DNA of 64,000 bases from positions 666,022 through 730,021 of the forward strand of contig JAWQFM010000021.1 of the NCBI GenBank assembly GCA_033442325.1, written 5' to 3'. Made by a program: the position numbers and the translations under genes. Origin of the DNA: Salpingoeca rosetta. Lineage: Eukaryota; Protista; Choanoflagellata. Numbering within the stretch: the first letter of the stretch is position 1; every line of letters begins with the position of its first letter. Shown in pieces: positions 41,101 to 53,100 of the stretch. A model generated the notes under the pieces. The model was not told the origin of the DNA. It made no database searches and was given only the letters and a program-made list of their open reading frames with translations.

Positions 41101-44100
41101 GGGAAGATTGTGCTGTCTGCGGACCACGAGCGCGTGGCACCTCGGTCAAGCCGCGTGCGTGGCGGCGTGTACGTTGTGAGCGGGGGACTGGGTGCGCTTG
41201 GCTTGCAGACGGCGGCGTGGCTGCTGTGCCGCGGCGTGGAGCACGTGGTGCTGCTGTCGCGGTCTGGGCGCGTGGGGCACCCGGACCTGGTGCCGCTGTT
41301 TGATGCGCTGCCGACGCAGCAGCGGATGGACCGGCTGGGCGCGGCGCAGCGCGGGCTGGCGCGGGTGCACGTGCGGGTGTGCGACGTGAGCCGGGAAGAG
41401 GATGTGCGGGAGATGTACCGGTGGTGTGTTGCCAAGCTTGGCGGAGTGGATGGGGTGTACCATGCTGCTGGTGTGACGTCTGACCGAGGGATTGAGAAGG
41501 TTGAGCGGGATGATGTGTGGCGCGTGTTTGGGGGCAAGGCTGGCGGGGCGTGGCACCTTGACCGGGTTGGGGAGGAGGTTGATGGGGTGGAGGTGGGTGA
41601 GTTTGTGGTGTACTCGAGTGCGTCGAGCGTGCTTGGGCTGCGTGGGCAGAGCGTGTATGCTGGTGCGAACGGGTATGCAGACGGGGTAGTGCGGCGGCGG
41701 CGCCGGGAGGGGAAACCGGCACTGAGCGTGCAGTGGGGCGCGTGGGCGTCCCACGGAATGGCGGCTGCGAATCTGGTCAAGAAAATGCAGGCCGTTGGCG
41801 CAGCCCCCATCACCCCTCCTCCCCCAATCGCATTTGCCATGCTGGATGCCCTGTTGGCCGCCAGCGAGGAAAGCCGAGGCGCCGTGTCCCTCGTCGTGTT
41901 TCCAGCCCACTGGACCACGTACGCAAAAGCCTTGCCAGCACAGAGCCGCGGTCCGCTCGCCTCGCTTACCGGTGTCGTGCAACCACAGCAGTCGCCCGAC
42001 GCTCTTGCTTCGTCACAGTCCTGGACACCCGAAGCGCTCCACGATGTGGTGGTGTCTTGTGTGAGGGATGTCTTGCCCCACACACCACAGCCGACTGATC
42101 CGCTCATGGACGCAGGGCTCGATAGCGTGTCGGTGATTGAGCTGCGGAACAGACTGGAGAGCGCCACTGGCTTGAGCCTGAGCGCCGGCCTCCTGTTCAG
42201 CTACCCGACCATTGACGCCATTGCCAAGCACCTGCAGACGCTGCTCATTCCAGCTGTGGATGCGCCTGTCGTCGCCCCTGCTGGCGCGGCTGAGCGGCGC
42301 GGGCTGGAGGCGGCGCTTGCCACAGCTGCCGTTGTTGGTGTTGCCTGCCGCTTCCCTGGCGCCGACTCTGCCCAGCAGTTTTGGCGCAATCTCAAGGCAG
42401 GTGTGGACTCGATTACGCCGCCACCGCGAACGCGACCGAAACTCAGCCGCGAATCGCAGGCCGGGTATGTCAGCGACGTCGGCTGGATGGACCCCAGCTT
42501 CTTTCAGCTGACCCTGGCAGAAGCGGCTCAGATGGACCCACAGCAGCGCATGGTGCTGGAGGTCGCGTACATGGCGCTGTGCAGTGCCGGCATTTCGCGT
42601 GACGCCGTGGCGGAGAAGCCAATCGGCGTGTTTGTTGGCATGTGCAGCTACGACTACACGGGCTTGCAGCTGCCAGCCACGCCTCTCACGGGCACAGGCC
42701 GTTCGCACGCCATCCTGGCCAACCGCGTGTCGTATGCGCTTGGGCTGACGGGCCCGAGTCTCACCGTGGACACGGCGTGCTCATCCTCGCTCGTGGCTGT
42801 CGACCTCGCCATGCAGAGCTTGCGCCAGGGCACCTGCACATACGCCATTGTTGCTGGTGTTAACGTCATTGCCAGTGACATCATGTTCAATGTTACGAAA
42901 CGTGGGCATGTTGTCGAAGACGAACCGGTGCCGGACGTTTGACGCTGGTGCAGATGGATACGTGCGCGGCGAAGGGTGTGGTGCCATTGTGCTGACGCTT
43001 GAAGGCAATGCCACCAGCAGTGGCGCAGCGGCTGCGACAGGGGCCGGTGGCGCTGGGGCTGAGCAGCAGCAACAGCAACAGCAGCAGCAGCAGCAGCAGC
43101 AACAGCGGTTGCACACGCGCGAGCCGCTTGCGTACATCAAGGGCAGCGCTGTGAACCAGGACGGGCGGACAGCGAGCCTGACGGCGCCGAGCGGACTTGC
43201 GCAGCGCAAGGTGATGCGAGCGGCGCTTGCGGATGCAGGTGTGCGGGCTGAGGATGTTGTGTATGTGGAGGCGCACGGTACGGGGACGAGTCTCGGGGAC
43301 CCGATTGAGGTTGAGGCTTTGCAGGATGTGTACTGTGGGCGCGGCAGCCAGGAGGGCGGCGACGTTGGTGGGCGACGTGAGCGGCTGTATGTTGGTGCCG
43401 TGAAGACGAACATTGGGCACCTTGAAGGGGCAGCTGGGATCGCTGGGCTGATCAAGGCGATTCTTGTTGTGCACCATGGGGAGGTAGTGCCGAACCTTCA
43501 CATGGATGCGCTGAATCCGCACATTGGGCATGTTGGCGGGGAGGGCGAGGTGGTGTTTCCTCGGAAGGAGGGGGGTGTTGGTGTTGCTGGTACGGTAGAG
43601 AGCGGGCGACTGGGGCCATCGTGCGTAGGCGGGGATGGGCGCGTGTATGCGGCTGTGAGCAGCTTTGGCTTTGGCGGCACAAACGCCCACGTTATCCTTG
43701 CACAAGCAACTCCGCCTGGCACCAGCACGGACGAGACTGCGGCATCTCGGGCCTTGCCATCGACATCACGTGAATTGACAGCAGCTACTGGTCCTTCCTC
43801 CCCCTCAGCAACAGCAACTGCTGTGAAAGTCCTCAAGGGCGTGTGCTTCATGTTCTGTGGCCAGGGCTCACAGTACGCGGAGATGGGCAAATCGCTTTAC
43901 GAGAACAACGTGGTCTACCGTGAGTGCTTTGACAAGCTGTGTACTCTCTGTGTTGAAGAAAACCTGCTGCCCACACCGCTGTGGGACGTGGTGTTTGGCT
44001 CGAAGACAGACGTCATCAACCAAACCATGTACGCGCAGCCGACTCTGTATGCGCTTGAAGCCGCCATGTACTCGGCCATCGCCAGCAGCGGCGTTGTGCC

Positions 44101-47100
44101 GGAGTTTGTGCTTGGCCACAGCCTCGGTGAGGTGGTGGCTGCATTTGCACTCGGAGTCCTCTCGCTCGAAGATGGCTTTCGCCTGGCATGCGCCCGTGGC
44201 ACGCTCATGCAGCAGCTGCCGGAGGGCGGGACGATGGCAGCCATCTTCTCCGACATTGACTCGGTGCGCAGCACCATTGCTTCACTCTCGCTTGAGGACA
44301 AGGTCGCCATTGCTGCCGTGAACGGCCCGAAGCTTGTCGTTGTTTCCGGCGATAAGCAGGGCGTGCTGGCGGTGGGCGAGGCGGGCAAGACGCGGTTTGT
44401 TGAGTTGACCGTGTCACACGCGTTCCACTCGCACCTGATGGCCGGCATGATTGCTCCTTTCGAGAAGCGTCTCACGGCGGCGGATGGCGTGACATTCCGC
44501 CCTGCACACAAGCACATGCGCATGGTGTCCACCGTGACTGGCGATGTGATTGAGGAAGAAGACCTGCACAGAGTGGATTACTGGACCACGCATGTCATGC
44601 GTCCTGTGCTGTTCTACAAGGCGCTGCAGCAGGCGGCGGCCAACGGCGCCACCACCTTCATTGAGATGGGCTCTCAGGACATTCTTGTCGGCATGGCTCG
44701 CCGATGCAAGCTCAAGGGCATCACTCTGACCAACATCATCAACAAGAAGGCAACTGCCGACGCCCCAGCCACCCTGGACAAAGTCGTGTCCGACTTGTCA
44801 ACGAGGGAGGGCGTAGTGATTGCTGAACGCAGCCAAGGTGCACAACAAGAACGGCAACAGAAGGAGGATGAGGAGGACCAGTTGCAGACTGCAACCTCGC
44901 CCTTGTTGTCTTTGCGACCATCTGACGTATTTGAACGCCGAAGGGACATTCCCTTCACGCTTCCCACGGCCCCAGCTTCCTCGCTGCCATCCAAGCGAAC
45001 ACAGCACAGCGAGCAGCTTGATGTCAGCCAGCAGCCGCGTTGCCTCGTGCACGCGCATGTTGAGGAATCGCTTGTGGCAGCAGCCTTGCCGGAAGACCCA
45101 GCACACTGGACGGCAGCGCCCATTTCAGCTGCATTTGCAACTTCAACCGCCAAAGTGCCGTCGTGGCTCAAGACAACCACACCCACGAGCAAGCATGATG
45201 TGATTGACGTCGTGAGCCAGCTGGAGCACGCGCCGCAGCTGACGTTTGTGTTTGTGCTGGACGGCCTGAGCACGGCCGATGCGCTGGTGCAGCTGGCCAC
45301 CTGGGGAGCGGCGGTGTGCGAAACCCTGTCCACAAGCACCACCAACATCACCATCGTGGTTGTTTCCTTCCTTGGCGAGAGCAGCGCAGAGGCGGGCGCA
45401 GCACAGCAGCTTGTGCCGTGGCATTTGGCGGGCGCGCTCAAAGCTGTGAGCGTGGAGCTTGGCGTCACTGCGCTGCGCCTGCTCGTGCTCTCGCCCTCTG
45501 CCCCGTGCATTCCCACACTGCCCACGGACACACCACACCTGGTGTTTCTGCAGACCAAGGCAACGGCAGCGCCCAAGGGTGCGCAAGCAGTGCACGCCGT
45601 GCAGGAGCAGGTGTTTGCCGTGGACATACAGGAGTCCGAGACCAGCAAGGCCGAGGCGCATGGTGCTGCGCCATCTTCTCTTTCCAAAGATCAGGCAGCG
45701 CCGGGCACGGCTGTTGTCACGGGCGGGCTTGGCCAACTTGGGCTGGCGGTGGCTGAGGTGCTTCTTGCACATGGGCACGAGCAAGTACTCCTCTGTTCCC
45801 GGCGCAGCGAGAGTGGCACGCCGAAGGACACACAGCATCAGCTGCAACAATTACGTGCGCGCTACTGCGAGGGACAGGCCGACCGCCTGTCTGTGCTGCA
45901 GGTGGACGTGAGCGACGAGCTGATGCTACTGGACACGCTGCGACCTTTTGCTCCACACATTGACGCCATCGTGCATTGCGCAGGCGTCACGCGCGACGCA
46001 GCCATTGACAGCGTTGCGCGCAAGGACGCACAAGACGTGCTGAGCGGCAAGCTCATGGGCGCGAACAACCTGCACACTGCAACCGTTCGCCTCGCCATGC
46101 CCCGCTTGAAGCGGTTTGTGCTGTTCTCCTCAGCCTCTGCGCTCTTCCCCATGCCGGGGCAGTACACATACGCTGCTGCAAATGCAGGCTTGCAAGGTAT
46201 TCACGCCCAGCGCACGGCTGCAAAACACCCGAGCCAGCTCGTCCTGTGGGGTCCGTGGAGCGGGTCAGGCATGATGGCCAAACTCTTGCCGGCCCAGGTT
46301 GCTCGGATGCAGCAGCGTGGCTTCTTCATGCTGGATGCCTCGCTGGGACAGCTGGCACTGAATTTCGTGCTCACAGCGTCGTCGAGCAGTGCATGCCACG
46401 TAACTTTCTGCACAACAGTGCCCACAGCGCACCGCCTCACAGCTGCGCTCGAGCTTCCAGCGACTACAGCAGCCTTTGCTGCTGCGCTGCAGGCAGCTGC
46501 TGAAGAAACCACCAGCCAACAGCACGACCAAGGCACGTCGAAGGCTCGACCGCGCGCACCGCAAGAGGTGTTTGCCCGCCTCGTTGGCATTGTTCAGGAT
46601 CTTCTGGGCACGGCCATCTCACAGCAGGAGCTGACAAAGCCACTCCGAGAGCTGGGATTCGACTCCATCGCTTCCGTCGAGCTTGCGCGTCAGGTTGAGC
46701 AGCAGTTGGGCGTGAGCGTTTCTGCCACAGCAGCATTCGATTTCCCGTCCATCCGCACATTGGCCCAGCACATCCACGAGCGCTTGGCTCACGTCAGCGT
46801 GGGCACGCCCATGTCTTTGTCACGACGAGGCGACAGCAGCGCTGAGATTGCGGTTGTTGGCGTTGGGCTGCGGTTTGCCGGGTGCGACGACGAGGCGTCG
46901 TTCTGGCGCATGCTGGAGGGCGGGGCGTGCACGGTGTCGACGCTGGCATCGCACGCCGGGCAGCGCACGTGGCAGCTGCAGCGGCCCATCAGCCAGGGCG
47001 GCGTGCTGTCGGACGTGAAGAGCTTTGACGCTGCGCTGTTCAACATCTCCAACCGGGAAGCCGTGAGCATGGACCCGCAGCAGCGGATCATGCTTGAGAC

Positions 47101-50100
47101 TAGCTACCGCGCGCTGGAGAGTGCTGGGATGACGCTTGAGCAGGCGCGCGCGGTGCGGACGGGGGTGATGATTGGATCTGGTGTGAACGAGTACCACAAG
47201 GTGCTTGAGCGTGCGCGTGCAGCGGGGAGCTATGAGGCGCAGGCTGGGCACATGATCACGGGGAACACGAGCAGTGTGCTTGCTGGGCGCGTGGCGTATG
47301 CGCTTGGGCTCAAGGGTCCGACGTTCTTTGTGGACACGGCGTGTTCGACGTCGCTTGTTGCTGTGCATCTTGGGTGCCAGTCGCTGCGCAGTGGCGAGAG
47401 CGACGTTGTGCTTGCGGGCGGCGTGAACGTGCTGCTTGACGGGGAGAACTGGGACATGCTGTATGACAGCGGGGCGCTGTCGAAGCAAGGGCAGTGCCGG
47501 GCGTTTGATGCGAGCGCGGACGGGTACGTGCGGTCTGAAGGGTGTGGCGTTGTTGTGCTGAAGCGGCTGGAGGACGCGGTGCGCGACGGCGACCCGATCC
47601 GGGCCGTGATCCGGGGCAGCGCGATGAACCAGGACGGGCGGTCGTCTGGGCTGACTGCGCCGAATGGCCCCGCGCAGACGGCAGTGATTGAGGCTGCGCT
47701 GCGCAGTGCGGGCGTTGCGGCTGGGGATGTTGAGATGCTTGAGGCGCACGGGACGGGGACGCCGCTTGGGGATCCGATGGAGATGCAGGCGGCGATTGCG
47801 GCGCTGCGCAAGGGCGAGAGTGCGTGTGGGCGCGTGCTGCATGTTGGGTCGATCAAGTCGAACATTGGGCATGCGGAGGCGGCGGCTGGTGTTGCGGGCC
47901 TGATCAAGGCGATCCTGAGTGTTGAGCGTGGTGTGATTCCGCGGCACGTGCACTTTGAGGAGCTGAATCCTGCGATTGGGGAGCTACCGCCGAGCGTGCG
48001 TGTTGCGACGGAGACGACGGAGTGGCAGAGCGACGTGCGCGTTGCTGGTGTGAGCTCGTTTGGCTTCAGCGGCACCAACTGCCACGTTATCGTGAGCGGC
48101 TACGACAAGCCGCCCTTGCAAAGCTTGCCAAAGTCCCCAGCTGTCTCTATACCGCTGCTGTTGTCCGCACATTTTGCCAAAGGCCTCCGGTCCCTCCGTG
48201 ACTCCGTCCTCGCTTCCGTTGACGATTCCAGCCTATTTGCCCTTGCGTCGTACCTTGCATTGCGCCGCAGTATGTTTCAGCATCGCCTGGTTGTCTGGCA
48301 CGATGGCCGTGCTACCGTGCCCGCTCCAAGTGCCGTCCTCGTGCCATTGAATTCCCAAGCGCTTCTCAGCATCTCATTCCCTTCAGATATGTGTGATCGT
48401 CTTCTTGGCGTGTTGACAAGCGACACGATGGCTGCACCCACAACCAGAGACGACGTCGTGGATTTGCTCGAGCAAGTGGTGGAAGAACCCGTGAGCTTGG
48501 ACCAGGACACTGCCTCGCACAAGCTGCGGGTCGATGACGCGGCAGAGCACATTCCTGTCACGGAGTGGCTCATGCGCGTGATTGCGGATGCTTTCCGCCT
48601 TGGCTTCACCCTGCAACAATCCAGCCTGGCCATGCTGTTCGATATGCAGGCTTTACCCACGCTGCCGCCACTGCCGCTGAATCAGCAGGAGTACTGGCCA
48701 CCAGTTGACATCTCACCAAATGCGCCATTGACGCTCGTGTCCACGTTCAAGTGGGTCGCCGTGGACCATGGAGACAACGACACCAGCACACTGGATGAGA
48801 GTGTACGGCACGTGTGTATCGGCGCCTCAGACGCGTTTGCTGCGCTGCCCGAGGACAAGCACGTGCTGTCATGGTCACAGGTCGTCAACGTGAGTCACGA
48901 TGAGGAAGCAGCACCTCCGCTGCTTGAAGCGGTGCTAGCTGACATGGATGATGCCGAAGACACCAGCGACAGGAAGCTGACAAGTATCGTGTTGCACCTC
49001 TCCTTCACCGACGTCAGCACAGACGACGCTGCTGCCTCTGCTGTCGCGTCTGCGCAACGTGCCCTTGCTGTGGTGAAGCAGATCTCGGCTGCGTCGCCAT
49101 CATGCGATGTGCACGTGTGCTTGAGTGGATCTCAGGACACAGAGCATCTGTGGGCTCCAGCTATCGGCTTGTTCAAGACAGCCCAGCTGGAAATGCCCCG
49201 TCTCAGTGCTGGTGTGATCGGACTGGAAGAGCCGAGCAGCGATGCGGTCGCAGCTGCCTACGCGCATTTGTGCACCACAAGGGCAACCCTGCTTTGCACA
49301 CCAAGCGGCGTTCAAGAGCTGCAGGCGGCAACGTCTGAGCGCCACGTCGAGGCAACCAACGAGGAGGCAAGCGCTTCTACTCCTGCGCCTGAAGAGCACG
49401 TATGCATCATTGCTGGTGGCGCGGGAAAACTCGGAAAGATCGTGTGCGAACGTTTGGCAAGCCAAGGCTTCAAGGTAGTGGCGCTCAGCAGGCGAAAGCC
49501 CAGTTCTGACGAGGCGAAGCAAAGCGTCGTGTCTGTCGTGTTTGAGCAGTGTGACATCACCAAGAGGGCAGACGTGGACAGTGTCCTGCAAAAGTATGCT
49601 GCAACCGGCAAGCAACTGAGCATCTACCAGTGTGCGGGGAGCTACCATGTTGGTCTGCTGAGTGGGAGCGAGTGGGCGGATGCGGAGGCGGTGCTGGCGC
49701 CCAAGATCCAGGGCACGATGAACCTGCACTGGGCGTCGCTGGAGCACAGCGTGTCGCAGTTTGTGCTGTTCTCGTCTGCGTCGTCTGTGTTTGGGTCTGT
49801 GGGGCAGGCGTTCTATGCGTCTGGCAACAGCTTTCTGGACCGGTTCCACAGCTGGCGCGTGCGGCAGGGGCTGCCGTGCACGTGCGTGAACTGGGGTCCG
49901 TGGGGCGGGTTGTACCCGGGGCACGTTGAGAAGCGATGGGCGGTTGAAGGGTATGCGCCGCTCGGGCAGGAGGAAGGGCTTTCCGTGCTTGAGGGGCTTG
50001 TGCAGGCTGATGCGAGCGACGCCGGGAGCACGGTTGTTGCGCGTGTGCTGCCTGAGGAGTTTCTCCGGGCGATGCAGGCGCCACTGCGCAGCACGGAGCT

Positions 50101-53100
50101 GGGCAGCGTGCGGGAGATGCTTGAGAAGGAGGTTGCTGCGCGTCGGGAGGCGCTGGCTCGCATGGGCGGCGGCAGTGGCGGCGGCGGCGGTCGTGGCTGG
50201 CGTGGCGCTGGCTCACATGCGGCGGGCACGGGCGGACGGCTCGGGGAAGCGCACAAGGCCGTTGTGACGCGGCAGGAGGTGCGCGATGGCGTGATTGGCG
50301 TGCTTGCGCAGGAGCTTGGTGGGGACGCGAAGGACATCCGTGCTGCGGCGAAGGCGAACACGCCGTTCTCTGAGCTTGGGCTGGAGTCGTTTCTTGCGAT
50401 GGAGATTCGGTCGCAGCTGCAGTCGCGGTTTGCGGTTGACCTGTCTGCGACGGTGTGCTACGACTACCCGACGGTGGACAAGCTTGCTGAGCACGTGTGC
50501 AAGCTGGTTGGCGCTGTGAGCAGCGACATGGCTGGCGAGGGCGAGGTGGTGGTGAGCACGAAGACGGGGCGGCGGCTTGCGGCTGAGGCCGGGCTGGCTG
50601 GCGCGATGGCTGAGCGCAGCGGTGGAAGCGGCAGCTTTTGCTGTCGTCGTGCTGTCTGTGTGTCTGCCTGGCGGGGTGTGTGACGAGGAGGTGCTGTGGG
50701 GGGCGTTGTGTGGCGGGGAGGATCTGGTTGAGGTTGTGCCTGGGGAGCGGTGGGATGTTGATGCGTACTATGATGCTGACGGGCACGCTGAGGGGCGGAT
50801 GTGGAGCCGGCGGGGCGGGTTCCTGCGCGGGATTGACGAGTTTGATGCTGAGTTTTTTGGCATCACGGGCCGTGAGGCGAGCAGCATGGACCCGCAGCAG
50901 CGGCTGCTGCTTGAGACGAGCTGGCACGCGCTTGAGAGCGCTGGGCTTGGCGGGAAGCGGCTTGGGCGTGGGCGTGCTGGGGTGTTTGTTGGTGTTTCTG
51001 GGAGCGAGTTTGCGACGCTGTGCGGGCGGGTGTCTGGTGCGAGCGCGGTTGGGGATGTGCATGCAGCGACGGGGACGGCGAGCAGCGTTGTAGCTGGGCG
51101 CGTGTCGTATGCGCTTGGGCTTGGCGGGCCGAGCGTTGCCGTGGACACTGCATGTTCGTCGTCGCTTGTTGCTGTGCATCTTGGATGCCAGTCGCTGCGC
51201 AGTGGCGAGAGCGATGTTGTGCTTGCGGGCGGCGTGAACATTGTGCTGCTGCCTGACGGCAACATCCACTTGACGAAGACGCGAATGCTGTCGAAGCAAG
51301 GGCAGTGCCGGGCGTTTGATGCGAGCGCGGACGGGTATGTGCGGTCTGAAGGGTGTGGCGTTGTTGTGCTGAAGCGGCTGGAGGACGCGGTGCGCGACGG
51401 CGACCCGATCCGGGCCGTGATCCGGGGCAGCGCGATGAACCAGGACGGGCGGTCGTCTGGGCTGACTGCGCCGAATGGCCCCGCGCAGACGGCAGTGATT
51501 GAGGCTGCGCTGCGCAGTGCGGGCGTTGCGGCTGGGGATGTTGAGATGCTTGAGGCGCACGGGACGGGGACACCGCTTGGGGATCCGATGGAGATGCAGG
51601 CGGCGATTGCGGCGCTGCGCAAGGGCGAGAGTGCGTGTGGGCGCGTGCTGCATGTTGGGTCGATCAAGTCGAACATTGGGCATGCGGAGGCGGCGGCTGG
51701 TGTTGCGGGCCTGATCAAGGCGATCCTGAGTGTTGAGCGTGGTGTGATTCCGCGGCACGTGCACTTTGAGGAGCTGAATCCTGCGATTGGGGAGCTACCG
51801 CCGAGCGTGCGTGTTGCGACGGAGACGACGGAATGGCAGAGCGAAGAGCGCGTTGCTGGTGTGAGCTCGTTTGGCTTCAGCGGCACCAACTGTCACATGG
51901 TTGTTCAGAACTACTCTCGCCCTGACACGACTGGCGCTGAGATTGACTGTTTTGATGATCAGGTCTCGTCCTTGCTCTTCTTCTCCGCTCACACCAAGGT
52001 TGCGTTGATCGAACAAATTGGCACCTTCGTCCAAAGGCTTGACCGCGAATCGGCATCTACATTCACTCGTGCCGCTCGAACCACACACGCCCGTGCTCGG
52101 TTGGACCTCTCTGTCCAGTTCGTGTTTACGTCCCTTGCAGACGCACAAGTTGGGCTTCGGTCCTGGCTGCAGTCGGCTCGATCGATCGACCACCTGGACC
52201 AGCCGCTTCTGCTTGACTTTGGTGATGTCCACTCCCGTTCTGAATCTCTGCTGTTGGCACTTCCGATGTCATCTGCATCGCCCCTGGCGAGCATGGTTGA
52301 GAGTGCGCGTGAACTCTGCCCTGGTGCGGATGAGCAACCGCTTGTCGAAGACCTGTGCTTGACGCGTCTCATCGCAGAGCAAGGCCTTGCGGTTTCAGTG
52401 GTGAACCACCCGCAGGCAGATTTGCTGAATGCCTGCACGCAATCATCTGTCACGCTGGAGTCGCTTCTACTGCAAATTTCCACCGCAGCTGAGGCTCCAC
52501 ATTCACCTGATGCCACTGTTGGCACTTCCTTTTCTGCTGACGCACTGCTGAAGATGCTGTCTTTCCATGGCCAGGTGACAGGCACGGATTGCACTGCGAC
52601 CGCGCAACTGGCGGGCTTGTCCACCGACACTCCTCGCAAGGCAAGCGATTGGGTTCACCTCCCCGCGTACCCATTTCAGCACCAGCGGTACTGGATCCAC
52701 AGTGACAAACCTGTGCACATTGGATTGGTTGATGACCGCTTGGTTCTGTCGGAGGTGCCGGGTCTGAAGGACGACACCGTCGCCACAACAGTGACTGCGG
52801 AGGATGAGAAGACCAAGGTCACGGAGCTGTCGGACGTTGCTGCGGAATGGCTCATCATGGATTCGACAAACGCCTGCGATGCACAAGCGCTTGCGCTGCC
52901 TGCTGAACGGGTGATCGTCGCTGACGACCATGTGCTTGACAGCGCATGGGACTTTGATGGTGCCCGGACCATTGCCTTGGCGTGCTCCACGGTTGAGAAA
53001 GCCGAGCAACTGGTGTTCTCCGTGCTGCATGATGTCTCATTGGGCCCAGGTCCATCACCAGCGATGACCGTGCTGTACTGTGCTCAACCTGTGTCCATGT

